Below are positions 1 through 13,202 of a stretch of DNA of 64,000 nt, piece after piece (the first letter of the stretch is position 1; every line of letters begins with the position of its first letter). The notes below the pieces were generated by a model, which saw nothing but the letters and a program-made list of their open reading frames with translations, did not search any database and was not told the DNA's origin. Both the position numbers and the translations under genes were made by a program. Source of the stretch: Eledone cirrhosa (Eukaryota). The stretch covers positions 158,410,001 through 158,474,000 of the forward strand of contig OZ024742.1 of assembly GCA_964016885.1 (NCBI GenBank), read 5' to 3'.

Positions 1-952
1 CAGATCGTGTTTCACTTCCAGCTTTCCCCACTTTACATTTGAAACCTTTCTTTTTTAAATGATATAACGTCATACAGTATGTTTCCACTCCTTTGTGGAT
101 ACTTTCTTTTTACGCTCATATACGATGTAGTTATACATGTGGCTGTTCTTTTTTTTTCGTTTATTGTTCTTTTTTCTTCGGAGACATCGAAGCCTATGAT
201 ATTGTGTTTCAATTGTTGTAGGTTCACACTTTCACGAAAGATATGAGTAGCGAAGAAGGTCGAGTGTGCCGATGTTCTGCGCAGAAATGGCCGGAAGTAT
301 TGGTAATTATTGAACCAGTGGAAATGGAAACAACATGAGTGATCAATGGAGCAATGACAGGTGACGCGAGAACATCCGAGACAAGTAAATTTCGAGGAAA
401 CAGTAGTAATGTTATAGGAGACAGAAGAAGAAGATAGTTTATTTGTGAGTCTGAATTTGCCAGGTGTCAAAAAGAGATTCCTCTTTGTGGTCTATGAGAT
501 GGGCAACATCTGGACCTCATATTGTGGAGTAACTGTTCATTATGACTCTGAAACTAATTTAGAGGTTCATTGTTTGTCGGAAGTTGGCTCTGGAATGAAG
601 GACCAGTTATTGGGATTCCGTCCTAGGCACGTTAAGGATGGGTGTTGTCAATATTTAAGGACGACGAACTGACAGAGTTATTGACGTGTGAGATAAATCC
701 GCGTGCGGTATGTGTCTCTGTTGTGGATGACAGAACTTTTCGCTATTTCAAATATAAAATACACCTTGCGTAATATTTTGGGATGATTATCTGCTGAGTT
801 CAAATCCGGCCAATTTCCACTTTGCCACTCAACTTTGCAAGCTGGTATAAATAATGTTTCGATTCAATCGTTGTATTGGTGGGATTTCTAGAGTGTCGCA
901 TGAAATAGCTTTCTTTATTGATCCAGTTCTTTGATTTCCTAATCCTTGAGTG

Positions 953-994
953 GTAGACGTAGACCGTCCGTAGACGTAGACCGTCCGTAGACGT
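953..994. repeat. 17-bp tandem repeat (GTAGACGTAGACCGTCC) x~2.5
   Basis: Read directly: gtagacgtagaccgtcc gtagacgtagaccgtcc gtagacgta. Confidence 0.85.
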
Positions 995-3254
995 AACCCC
1001 AAATCCTTGTTCTTGGATGCTCTGAGGGAAGTCCATTCTGCTGCATGTATTAAAGCTAAGTCTCCAGTTTGGGGATAGCTTCCTCTCTTCTTCCTACCAG
1101 TCACGTAGAAGTTATATGATCATGGGCGCTGCACTTGCTTCCCGAAATAAACAGTAGCAAACAGGTGGCAAAATCAGTATATTATCACACAAAATCTCAG
1201 GAGAAAAATTCCATGTGCTATTTAATTACATCTTAAGATATTGGTCTGTAAAATTTTCGTACCAATCAAATACAAAGGCCTATTTAATCTACTACAGTTA
1301 TCTCCTAAAATATGTGAATACGCGTCAATTGAAAAACTGCATTTAATTATGTGACTTTGCATTCTGAATTTAAAACCGAACAGAGATCGTCTTTGGATTT
1401 CGTTATTGCTCGGACAAGGATATAACAAGTACCGGTTATGTGCTGTTGTCAAATTAATTGAATTTAATGTCACGCAATATGGTGTCACTTTTCATCAACA
1501 GGAATCAATAATATTCCATCTCTTATCGAGTTACAGTTTAGTCCTGTAGTGGATTCCTTCTTGCAGGTATTGTACTCACCAACAATACAAATGTTTCTCA
1601 CCCAACTAGGTCTGTAATCTTGGAATAAAACTTTGACTGGCACTTTCTGAAACCAATTGCAATTCTCCAAATGCTCCAAGGAAGAACAGATGCCTTGTAA
1701 TTTTCTATTTCCCTCCATATCAAATGTGATTGTGAGATATAGGCTCCCTTTAATCTAATTTTTATTCCGATTACATTTAATGACAAAGAATTTATTCATA
1801 CCACGAAAGATACATTAGACGATGAGAAAATATAACGTTTTTTTCATATACGTTCTGCTTTCAAACATTGACCCTTTGTCCAAGTGATCGAATGCGATCA
1901 AAATTTTTTTGAATGTGTAGGCTTCAAAAGTTGAAACCACCGTTTTTTCATACAATGCTGCACATTTTAAGTGGATGTTATTGTTGATCAATTATACATC
2001 ACATTCCAGCTTACATTACATTATACAATATTAGATGTAGCTTAAGATAAATACTACATCTGAAACAAAAGGCCGTATTGACCTTAATAGTATTTATTTG
2101 ATCATATGTCTCCTCGATCGACTCTCACACATGACTAAACAACAACAAATGTGCTTCAAATTACAAGATATGATTTAAAAAATGGAATATCACATTGATT
2201 TGTCACGGCTAAAATTCGTTTGATCATTCCTCACGTTAATATGAGGTAACAACAACAATAAAAACAGGGGAAAGATGAAGACCATTTTCAGTAGTGATTA
2301 ATCACTGACACAAGATAAAAACCTATAAAGTGAGTGATTGTTTTGGATTGTCTAGTCTGCAACATTATTTTTATTCTTGATTTCGACTCAGGTTTGATAA
2401 GTTGCCGCTCGACAGTCCCGTACATTTTCCATTATAGTTATCCACCGTATTTTGGAATATTGCTGTTACATCATTCTCAGCTTTGCTCTAAACCTTTGCC
2501 TAAATGAGATACATGACCATTGCTTTAAGCGGTTTAAAAAAGAAATAATAATTCTCGAAATATTAACTTGGCAGAAGGGGAGCTAGAGTCAATATAGTTG
2601 AGATATTTATTTACAGTAACTAAACGCATATATTCGGAATTTATGCTGTGTGGTAAGCAATAATAACAACATTTAAGTGATCGTATAGTTTGATCCAAAA
2701 TGTCCAAGAACATGGAAAACATAGTTCAACGGTGGACTGACAAGGGCATATAAATACAGTGAACATTGCCTAGATAAATCAATATAAAGCTAATGTAGTC
2801 TTTATTCTTCAATAATTTTTTTAATCTGTTTTGAGCTGGAACAAAAATGTAGGAAAGCTATCAACACCGAAACTGTCAGTTTTGTCGCAATGTTACACAA
2901 AAAGTTATAAGGAAAGCAAGTTTGCTAAGGAAACGCAATTATTGATCGTCTTCCGTGTTGTTTTGTTAAAGTTACTTAAAAGAAATTTCTTCTTAAGCAC
3001 GTTTCTTCAACTAAATGGACTGGAAATAGGGAAGCACGGTTTTATTTTTGACGATAGTTGTTAAAAGCTTGGTTAAATCAACCATTGGAAATAGTAAACA
3101 CTGTAAATTACTACGGATTTCTATCAACTCAATTCTGTTACTGTTTCTTTCTGAACGGTTATTTTTAGCAAGATTTGATCACATATTTCAAGTTTTAGTG
3201 TCTCGCGTCAGTATTTAAACTTAACTTAATTCTTTTTATTATATTTGCTTATGG

Positions 3255-3372
3255 TCTGAGTTCAAATCCCGCCGAGGTTAACTTTGCCTTTCATCCTTAC
3301 GGGGTCGATGAAATAAAGTACCAGTAATGCACTGTCATAATTGCTGGCCTTGTGCCAAAAGTAGAAATAATT
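3255..3372 (+). mobile_element. Octopod-type tRNA-derived SINE (5'-truncated)
   Basis: B-box-like GAGTTCAAATCCC, then the family core GCCTTTCATCCTTACGGGGTCGATGAAATAAAGTACCAG and 3' end GGCCTTGTGCCAAAAGTAGAAA. The core recurs >12 times in the window. Confidence 0.85.
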
Positions 3373-3679
3373 ATATTTGCTTTTGTTGAGTATTAGTTTT
3401 GCAGTCGCTTTTGGAAGTGTTTATGTTTTTACATATAAGTGCAGCTGACAATATTTTTAATTGTTACTCAATAATACTTTAAAAGAAAATATGCATAATT
3501 ATTATATAAATATAAATTTTACGAGACGACAGAACTGATTAATATTTAGTGTGAATGTTGGCTGGGAAGTATATTAAGATATACTAGAAATGGAAAACTG
3601 TGCGTATCTAAAATTTTCTTGGTGTTAATAAGATCAGTAAATTAAAGAACGTTTTCGTAGTGTTTGCAAAAGAATGAAA

Positions 3680-3848
3680 TAATTATTTCTACTTTTAGCA
3701 CAAGGCCAGCGATTACACCAGTGCATTACTCGTGCTTTATTTTATCGGCCCAGTAACCTCGGCGGCATTTGAAAGCAGAACGTAAAGGGCCATAACTCTA
3801 TGCTGCAAAACATAGTGTCTGACGCTCTACCGACACTGCCAATGCACC
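3680..3848 (-). mobile_element. Same SINE family, internally deleted copy
   Basis: Reverse complement of head (TTGGCAGTGTCGGTAGAGCGTCAGAC), core and tail. Confidence 0.75.
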
Positions 3849-4018
3849 ATAAAATAAAATAATGTTCTACCAAAAGAATAAAACAATTGTTTCTACTTTT
3901 GGCACAAGGCCAGCAATTAATCCAGTGCTTAGGTCTCAGAATACAAGGCTACCCCTAAACTGGAGAAATATGAAATAAACTGCTGAATCCATGGAAATTC
4001 CAAAGTTGTTAAAAACAT

Positions 4019-4089
4019 TCTTCTTCTTCTTCTTCTTCTTCTTCTTCTTCTTCTTCTTCTTCTTCTTCTTCTTCTTCTTCTTCTTCTTC
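4019..4089. repeat. (CTT)n microsatellite = (GAA)n 3' tail of the adjacent minus-strand RTE fragment
   Basis: Pure CTT run directly after the stop codon of ORF 4096..4407. Confidence 0.9.
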
Positions 4090-4675
4090 GCCCACTTATT
4101 TCTGAGAGGGTCGTGGGGGCAGAGTCCTCAAACGCTCCTTCCAGCGGATCCTATCTGAAGCAACCTTCGAAAATTGATCCGGCTGGATCCGCAAGTGAAA
4201 ACAGCCAACCTCATGGATGTTATCTAACCATCTTGCTCGGGGTCTACCCCTGAGTCTCCTTCCGGTTGGTTGTGCCCGTAAAATCTCTCCATCGATTCTT
4301 TCCTCAGACATCCTAACTACATGCTCATAGTATCGGAGCTGTGATCTCTCAATTCGGAGAAGTAGCAGTTCTACCTGAAGTAACTCTCTGATCTCCGAGC
4401 CACGCACTCAATTGAGTAACATTACTACAAAAACCATTCGCGATCGCATACTTTCGGTCATTACTCAAGACTCGTGAACATAGGTAAGGATTGGCAGGAA
4501 TACTGAATTGAAGAATGCGTGTTTGGCTTTTACAATTACCTCCCTTCTTCTGAGTACTGAATGCTGAGGCTGGCGCATTACTGCACCAGCACCAGCAATT
4601 CTTGTACTTAATTCAGCCTTCAGCCTGCCATCACTCGTGAACATGGAACCGAGATACTTGAACTTCTCCACTTTA
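4090..4675 (-). mobile_element. RTE-clade LINE 3' fragment (RT thumb/C-terminus, pseudogenic)
   Basis: KVEKFKYLGSMFTSDG...FNSVFLPILTY.HES and LRIERSQLRY..HVVRM...GRR.RGRPRARWLD, typical RTE C-terminal motifs, followed by a (GAA)n tail. Confidence 0.85.
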
Positions 4676-5854
4676 TTAATTGTCATTGAATAATCTAATC
4701 TGACAGGAAACTGAATTCTTTGCAAACGGTTCAATCTGGTAAATGATAGGTAGTAACAATAAAGTACATGCGTTAACTATTTGGTGTTTTAAAAATAAAC
4801 ATTAATAAAACAAACTGTGATCTTCGCATTCACATCCTTACCCCAACCATTACCGTTAACTCCATTCACTAATATTCCTACTATTAATGCCACTTTAACA
4901 TACACAGTAGGTCTCAATATATCCCATATGTATGCCGGCGTTTTACCATGTCTGTAACTAGTATTTCATCTCACTTTCCTACTATTTGAATTTTCCTGCA
5001 AACGCGTAGCAGACTAAATAGATTTTTTTTTTCTATCTCATATTGTTAGGAAAACTCTCTCTTTCGCTTTCTCTCCTTGCTTCATGCTCTCCTTATCTGT
5101 CTCCCTGACATGTTCTCCAACTCCGTAACAAGTGTATTAGATTTATAGCATACGACATAATTAAATCTACCATAGAAAACAGGAATTACATATTACATAT
5201 TTCTCGATCATATCGAGAAAAGTATAGTACTGGTACTTATTGTACAGTTACCATATAGAGAAACGACACATTCTGCAGCAAGACCATTTAATTCAAATCA
5301 GAAAACTAGCCAATTCTATCTACATATTTCTTTACTATTTAGGCCAGCAGAGCCAGCCTCAAGTGATATCAACAATTACGGAAATTGACTATTTACGAAT
5401 TCTCCTGTTGTTACAAGGTCAGCCTCGTAACGGAGAATCTTGTTTAGTGTGTATTTTCCCGGCAGCTTTCTTTTTATTTGCTGATTATTTCTCTTAAAGT
5501 AGAATGATGTTTAAAACCTCGCATTATTTGATTTAATCGACTAACAAATAAACAACCAGATTTTTCCAATATTTATTTTACTGTAATTGAGTTATCCTAT
5601 GCCTGGAAAATGACATTCAAGAGGATTTTAGAAAACTAAGAAGGTAAACGGTGAACAGTGTGTATCTTGGCACCAAAGCATTACAGTTTAATGTCTATAA
5701 ACAAAGCACTTAATTCTTTATGTTATGCCTCTCTAATCTGTATGTAAAAACGAATCGCAATGTGAAAAGACTCAACTATGCAAGCAATGAATAGCCGCAA
5801 ATTTGACAATTTTTTCTCTGCCGGATAATACGGTTTCATTTTAAATATTACGTG

Positions 5855-6516
5855 GAGTATGGCAAGATAATTTATTACGATTGCTCTAGTATTTGTGTTC
5901 GGATAAATGGTGCTAAGACAAAAACATTCAATGTGGGTGTTAAGATTCTGCTGTTCATAATTGCCATAGACTGGATTGACTTGGGCAGCCGGGCTGGAAG
6001 TGGTATCGAAACTGGTAGGTTTCGGATCAGTTGGTATTACTTAACTCGTCAGAAGGGGTTCTCCGACAAGTACTTGATAGCTTTGCTGCCGACTGCTGCA
6101 CAGCGTGATTGAAGGTCAGTGCTGTGAAAACTGAGACACATGTGAGTGGTTTTGCACTAAAACAGGTGGAGAAGTTCGAGTATCTCGAGACCGTTGTCAC
6201 GTGTGATAGAAGACAAAGCAGTCGGCTGAATAAAGTGCAAGAATTGCAAGAGCTGCAGCAGTAATGCGCCAGTATTCGGTTATCATTAGAAGGGAGAGAG
6301 GTGTAAAAGCCAAACTCACTACCTTCAATACATTCGTGTCACCCCTTACCAATAGTAATGAATCCTGGATAATGGTTAAATCCATTAGCTGAGCTGGTCT
6401 TGTTTGGGAATCCAGACGGATCAATTGGTGACGTTTCCTTTGAACTGGAATGTGTGCTTAAGTGATCTGACTTTACGGTCCTCCAAGGAATACGTGAGTG
6501 AAGAAGAAGAAGAAAA
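5855..6516 (+). mobile_element. Degraded RTE-clade LINE fragment, same family as 4090-4675
   Basis: VRING.KTKTFNV.VG, QVEKFEYL, SARIARA.AVMRQ remnants; ends in gaagaagaagaagaa. Confidence 0.7.
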
Positions 6517-7074
6517 ATGATTATACGGGTTATACGGCTTGATTTCACCTCTTTCATTAAGTATGGCCATATATTTTGTTTGGTTATTCGGTTTTAATCA
6601 CAATTCCACATGTTGCCATTTCGAAGGGATTTAGATTTTAATATATTGAAAACAACTGGCGCTCTTTTCTGTATTTATCAAATATGTGATGTGTGGTGGG
6701 AATAGTATAAGATGGCGGTTTGATTTTGAACTGCTTATATTGCCGCAGCTAATTATCAGATATACAAATATGACCTGTTTATTAAACATAGCTTAATTTC
6801 TCATCTGGAAGCAAATCGGTTCATTTAGCTTCTGGTCAACATTCCCAAACCGAATTTCCTAACACGTATTCAATTAATAAAATTTACATCATATTTACAT
6901 TACTTGGTTTATTGTGTTTATTTGCCTCTAGCAACGTCAATTTCATCGACGTCAATCTCAAATCCGTCATCATTAACATCTATTTCATAATTAACAGTCA
7001 CAATGTTGTTATCACCAGCGTTATTTTAGTCCTCCGCAATTTCAATTCAATCGCTACTGTAGGGTGAAATGAAT

Positions 7075-8258
7075 TTATTATTCTTATTATCGCTCTGCCA
7101 CGCAGGGCAAATGAGTAATGCACTGCGGTATTTAGTCATTTTTCAGGTCGCAACACGGATCTCACAGAAATAATACTTTCCTCAAAATGTGCGCAGAACC
7201 TAGCAAAGCTTCTTTTTGAATGATACCCAACATGTATTGTATTCCCAGCCGCTTTAAAATGTCTTGAATTTTCAATGGGTTTGATCCTAATACCCCGATC
7301 ACAAATGGTATCCCTTTCACATTACACTCTTGCATTCTAACTAATCTACCCAGTTTCACTTTCAATTCAGAATACATAGTGTTTTTTTCAATCTCCTTAC
7401 TCAGAATATTCTTGTTATTTAGTATGGCCGTGTCGGTGATCTCTAGAGTATTTGTCTTTCTTATTCAACACGACAATATCCGGTAGACGATGCTAAATCA
7501 TTCTATCAATTTGAAAATCATAATCCTAGAATATCGCTGATTTCCCATCCTCCTGCATTATTTTACAAAAAACATGCTCAAACCAATTCTCTGGTATAGA
7601 CCAGTATAGACATATTTTATCCTGGTGGCGCTCGTATTTTTTTTTTTGCGCAAGGCTCTCACATTCACAGACCAAGTGAGCCACATTTTCCACACTCTTT
7701 CCACAGAGCCTGCATATCTGGATGTCCGAAGTTTTATAGATGTTATGTTTCACCAAATTGGTAGCAAGAGCTTGGTCTTGCGCTGCAACTATAAGGCCTT
7801 CAGTGGCACGTTTCAAATCTCCTTGCTTAAGCCATGTCCACGATGTTGTTTTATCATTGATATCCTATGAATTTCTCTCAAACTGACCATATGTTTTATT
7901 TCTAAGAGGATCTTCTTTTATTTTCTCTTCTGTTCTTTGGTTAAATTCTTCCTTTCCAACCATTTCTACTGCATTTATACTCATATCTACTGCTGCATAT
8001 TGCAACAACTCTTCGTTACTGTTTATGGAATATCCTACAAGCGTTCTCTTTTTACTCTTAATACAATGATCCACACTGATGAGAACTCTGCCACAATTCT
8101 TTCTTTTCGTTTATAGTCTATAAATATTTGCTTTAGGGTGTAAAGCTCCGTACAATGTCATTAATTTTCTCGTCTTTCCACCTAATTTTGATATTTATTT
8201 TTCAGTCCAACTGAGAATGGGTGCACTATATCCAACCACTGCAACTGTCCATTCATTG
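7075..8258 (-). mobile_element. R4/Dong-clade (RLE-type) non-LTR retrotransposon 3' remnant
   Basis: TEGLIVAAQDQAL, CRLCGKSVENVAHLVCEC (CCHC), RHQDK, W.EH, PDIVV-type restriction-like endonuclease, IPFVIGVLG, IQKEALLGSAHILRKVL; 3' end runs into a degenerate (TAA)n. Confidence 0.85.
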
Positions 8259-8259
8259 C

Positions 8260-8447
8260 AATAATAATAATTGTTTCTACTTTTGACAGAAGGCCAGCAA
8301 TTACCCAGTACATTACTGGTACTTTATTTTATCGACCCCGTAAGGATGAAAGGCAAAGTTAACCTCGGCTGGATTTGAACTCAGATCGTAAAGAGACATA
8401 ACTATGCTGGAAAGCATGGCGTCCGACTCTCTACCGATACTGCCAAT
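8260..8447 (-). mobile_element. SINE copy
   Basis: Full core TACTTTATTTTATCGACCCCGTAAGGATGAAAGGCAAAGTTAACCTCGG plus head. Confidence 0.9.
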
Positions 8448-8699
8448 AATAATAATGCTTTCTTTATTAACCACAGTGGTTTACACAAAGTAAGACATTA
8501 AGGACAATAGAGGACGGTACAAATGGGCATTTCTGCCTGTAAAAACAAAAACAGAGGATGTAAAAGAAAAGAAACAATGAAAAATTCCCCAATGCAGGGG
8601 GAGACTTTCGAGGGATATTCGTGGAGAAAGCCCATTAAAAAAGCCACGGTGATCTTGACCACCAGGGCAAGTGCCCTCTCCCAGTTTTCCACCTTCAAT

Positions 8700-11374
8700 T
8701 TACAGGCACATATTCAGAGGCCATTGTTGCTTCTCTCACCCATCTTTCAGCAAGATGCTGGGAAGAGAGCAATTCCATCTTTACCCTGATTTTCCTTTTC
8801 AAATGAAATTTGAAAAAGTTAATCAGGGCATCACCGAAGAGGTAAGTGCTCGTCTTCAGCCCTTTCAAACGCGTCCACCATACTATCTATTTTGCCATGG
8901 CCACCAGACAGATAAAAACTGCCTGCCCTTCCCGGCTAAAAGAAGGGAGCGGGGCAATCCTCACGATGGACTCAGCTGATAGCTGGATCCGTCCTACACG
9001 CGACAGCAGGTATTCGACATAAACCCACAAGTCAGCAATGCTCGGACACTGGACGAGTGCGTGCAGGAGGATTTCGTCGCCCTGCGCGCATCTCGTACAT
9101 ACCCAGCTGACGGCACCTCCATGCCTGTAGAGTTTATCCCGAACTGGCAAAGCTCCTCGGTAGTACTGCCATGCCAGGGATTTCTGGAAGTTGTCCATAG
9201 GCCCCGACCCGAGAGTTCTTCCGAAGAGATTGGCTAGTTGATTTTCGTCGACGCCTAGAGTTTCACCAAGTACCCCGTCCCTCATCCCCTCCACTAACCC
9301 TCTATAAAGCGCCAAGGTGGAGTTTCCACCGATCACATTGCCCGACTATTCGAGGGCTGTGAGCGCCTGAAGACATTCCAGTCTCCAAGCGCTCCCTCCG
9401 GGTCTTCGCTTGACCCATGACTGCAGCTCCGTCAAGTAGACGAGCTGGGGAAAGACGCGTCTAGCAAACGACGACCACACCTGATCACCGTCAAGGAAGA
9501 GGTGGAGATGTCGTAGCCTGAGCGCGTGTCTGCGCATAATCAGCCACGGCATGCCCAGCAGTCCACGTAGCGAGTGTTGACAGCAGATGGACCGCCTGAC
9601 CATCGGCGCGCGTCCCTTCCACAAAATGAAAGAGCAAACGCTCCAGCGCAGTCAGGCGAGGCTTAGGATAAGGTACGATGGTCAGGCGGTAGTAGATGAC
9701 GGACGCGATGTACGCATTCGCCACCTCCGCTCGACCTTTCAGCGATAGCTTCTTCTCTGCCCATTTCTGGGTGAGAGAAGCCACCCTGCTTGTCACCTCG
9801 TCCCAGTTTGTGTCCGTCTGGAGGTCCGGACCGAACCAGACCCCTAGAAATTTAACTGGTCCGTCCGTCCAGCGCCCGTCGACGTTGTTGGACAGCTTGG
9901 ACCTGCCTCTCCAGGTGCCGAGCTGCAGGCCCACCGACTTTTGATGTCTGATCATTGCTGCTGTCAACGCCACGTATTCTCTTAGTGTAGTGCCGATCGC
10001 CTCGATGTGTTTGGCGTTCGACACCACTACGGTGACATCGTCCGCATATGCTGACACGGATCTTCCGCATCCCAGTGCGCGCGGGACCACCTCAACGTCT
10101 CCAGTTTGTGCAGTAATGGCTCGAGAGTCAATACGTACAAGAGGGACGGGAAGGGACATCCTTGGCGGACCGAGCGCATGATGTTGAGCGGTTCCGAAAG
10201 GTGACCGTTCACTCTCCACACAGAGCAGATGTCGCTGTGCATGGCAACGATCCAGCCTCTGAAGACGGGCCCAAAGCCAGCCGCCCTCAGGACTGCCGCC
10301 AGATAACGATGGTCGACCCTATCAAAAGCTTTCGACTGATCTAAATTGATCAATGACCCACCCGTGCCAGGTTCCCTAGCTACCCTCTCCACGATGTATC
10401 TCATGAGGTGGAGGCTCTCTGGAATGGTGCATGTCTGCGCCTCTCCCACCAGACCACCATGCCTTTACTAAGCGCCTCATCTAATTTTCTAACTAGTCCT
10501 CCCTCTGCTCTATTTTTTTCTATTGCTAATGCCTTACTAAACCTAATGGACTCTATTCTAATCGCTCTTTTCAGAGCAAACCACCATTTGTTGTTGACCA
10601 TGGCCCCCGTGAACGCCCGCTTAACTAATTTGCTAATCCGGTCTTTGTAGGACTTGCGCGCTGTTAACGATGCGTTTAGCTTCCAGTAGCCGGGTCCCTG
10701 TCTATGAAGCCTATTTTGAAATGTGGACAGCCTATGCTAGACCTATCTATTTCCCTACAAAATACCCTATCTAGATATCATCTAGACGACTCGATGCGGT
10801 TTATCCATGTCCACATTGGCACATTCGAGAAATCCAGACGGTACCTGTCAAATACATGAAACCGTCTGAGCAGGTTTGCGATGCTTTTACACCCTCCTCC
10901 CCTATCCGCTAATCCCACACAGTCCCAGCGTGCATCTAAAATCCCGTCCCAGTCGCCCACTAACACTAAAGAGCGGGACGTTCCAAGAAAGTTCTCCAGA
11001 CGCCGAAAGAAATCAGGCCGCCCTGCTCCTGTCGAGGCATAGACGGCCACTAGCCTGAAAGCTTGCCCGTCTCCGCTGGTCACGTCCAGCACCACCAACT
11101 TACCTTCTGGGTCCAGGAAGATGGCCCGTATGACAAGATCCAAACCTCTCCGAAAAAGCACAGCAACTCCTCCCCCCGATCCCGGACGGCTGGAAGATGC
11201 GTACACATCGTAGCCGCCAAAGATCGGTGCTAAGGCCCTTGCTTCGGAGATCCTGGTCTCACTGATGGCCACTACATCTATGTTTAGTGACCTGAGGTCG
11301 TTGAGCAGGTGGCCCTGCTTCCATGACGACCCCAAGCCACGCGCATTTATGCTGCCTATTCTGAGTGAGGTCAT
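8700..11374 (-). pseudogene. Copy A ORF2 (APE-EN + RT), frameshifted, with ~0.7-kb deletion near 10455
   Basis: ORF fragments 10778..11374, 10401..10601, 10027..10449, 9491..10219, 9346..9624, 8887..9336 are colinear with copy B ORF2. Confidence 0.85.
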
Positions 11375-11882
11375 GTTGAAATGGAGTGTAAAAGATGGGA
11401 AAGACCACTTACCTTACTACTCGTAGAGGAAGGACGGTTTCTCCATCCTTTTCACTGCTTGTGGCCTCCTCAGGAAGGATGTCCTTATAAATCCTCCTGG
11501 AGAGTGCTTGTCGGAAGTCTCCGATGTCTTTGGGGAATTTTTGTTTTAGTGTCATGTACGTTTTCTGTGTGATGCGAGTGATTTGTATGTGTGGAGGTGG
11601 TGTGAACTTTTAGGTTGTTGTGTAGTCTTTTTCTGTGATGCTGGTGTTGTGTTGGGTGTAGTGTAATAATTTGTTGTTGTTCAAATTTAATGCTGTGTAG
11701 TGTGTATCGTTTTGGTTGTTTTGTTTTGTTTGCGTTTGTTGTGGGTTTGTTTCTGTTACGCTTTTTGTTGACTTTTGTGGTGTTGGTGATGGTGGTGTTG
11801 GGGTTAATGATGGTTATGGTGTAGGTGTTTGTGGTGATGGGGTTGGTGATGCTGGTGTGGATGGTGGCATGTCTGTCCTAAC

Positions 11883-13202
11883 GATTCCTTTGCTAAGCGC
11901 CTCGTCTAATTTTCTAACTAATTCTCCCTCTGCTCTATTTTTCTCTATTGCTAAAGCCTTACTAAACCTAATGGATCTATTCTAATCGCTCTTTTCAGAG
12001 CAAACCACCACTTGTTGTTGACGATGGCCTCCGTCAACACCCGCTTAACTAGTTCGCTAATCCGGTCGCTGTAGGCCTTGCGCGCTGGTAAGGACGCGTT
12101 TAGTTTCCAGTAGCCGAGTCCTCGTCTATGAAACCTATCTAAGTCAAGCACACAGATCACGAATTTGTGGTCCGTGTAGCTGACTATCTTGAATTGTGGA
12201 CAGCCTATGCTAGACCTATCTATTTCCCTACAAAATACTCTATCTAGATATGATCTGGATGACCCTATGCGATTTGTCCAAGTCCACATTGGCACATTCG
12301 AGAAATCCAATCGGTACCTCTCAGTCAGTTCAAAACGCCTGAGCAGGTTGGTGAGACTCTTGCACCCTGTCGGAGCATAGACGGTCACTAGCCTGAAAGC
12401 TTACCCGTCTCGCTGGTCACGTCCAGCACCACCAACTTACCCTCTGGGTCCAGGAAGATGGCCCGTATTGCGAGATCCAAATCTCTCCGAAAAAGCATAG
12501 CAACTCCTCCCCCACCCCCCGATCCAGGACGGCTGGGAGATGCGTACACATCGTAGCCGCCGAAGATCGGTGCTTCGGAGATTTTGGTCTCGCTGATGGC
12601 CACTACATCTATGTTTAGTGACCTGAGGTCGTTGAGCAGTCCATGATGACCCCAACCTATGCGCATTTATGCTGCCTATTCTGAGTGAGGTCATGTTGAA
12701 ATGGAGTGGAAAAGATTGGAAAAACCACTTACCTTACTTCTCGTAGAGGAAGGATGGTTTGTCCATCCTTTTCACTGCTTCCGGCCTCCTCCGGAAGGAT
12801 GTCTTTATAAATCCTCCAGGAGAGTGCTTGTCGGAAGTCTCCGATATCTTTGGGGAATTTTTGTTTTAGTGTCATGTACGTTTTCTGTGTGATGCGAGCG
12901 ATTTGTATGTGTGGAGGTGGTGTGAACTTTTGGGTTGTTGTGTAGTCTTTATCTGTGAGCTGGTGTTGTGTTGGATGTAGTGTAATAATTGGTTGTTGTT
13001 CAAATTTATTGCTGTGTAGTGTGTATCGTTTTGGTTGTTTTTTTTTTGTTTACGTTTGCTGTGGGTTTGTTTCTGTTTCGCTTTTTGGTGACTTTTGTGG
13101 TGTTGGTGATGGTGGTGTTGGGGTTAATGATGGTGATGGGGTTGGTGTTTGTGGTGATGGGGTTGGTGATGCTGGTGTGGATGGTGGCATAGCTGTCCTA
13201 AC
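11883..13202 (-). repeat. Internal duplicate of ORF1 C-terminus + EN (second copy of ~10461-11882)
   Basis: MTSLRIGSINA start at both 11374 and 12694; near-identical flanking GT-rich ORF1 segments. Confidence 0.9.

Noticed and set aside
33-1950. Several 60-145-aa ORFs in moderately complex sequence
   Set aside because: No recognisable domain or consistent exon structure; may be a decayed element or pseudogene, but not assignable by eye.
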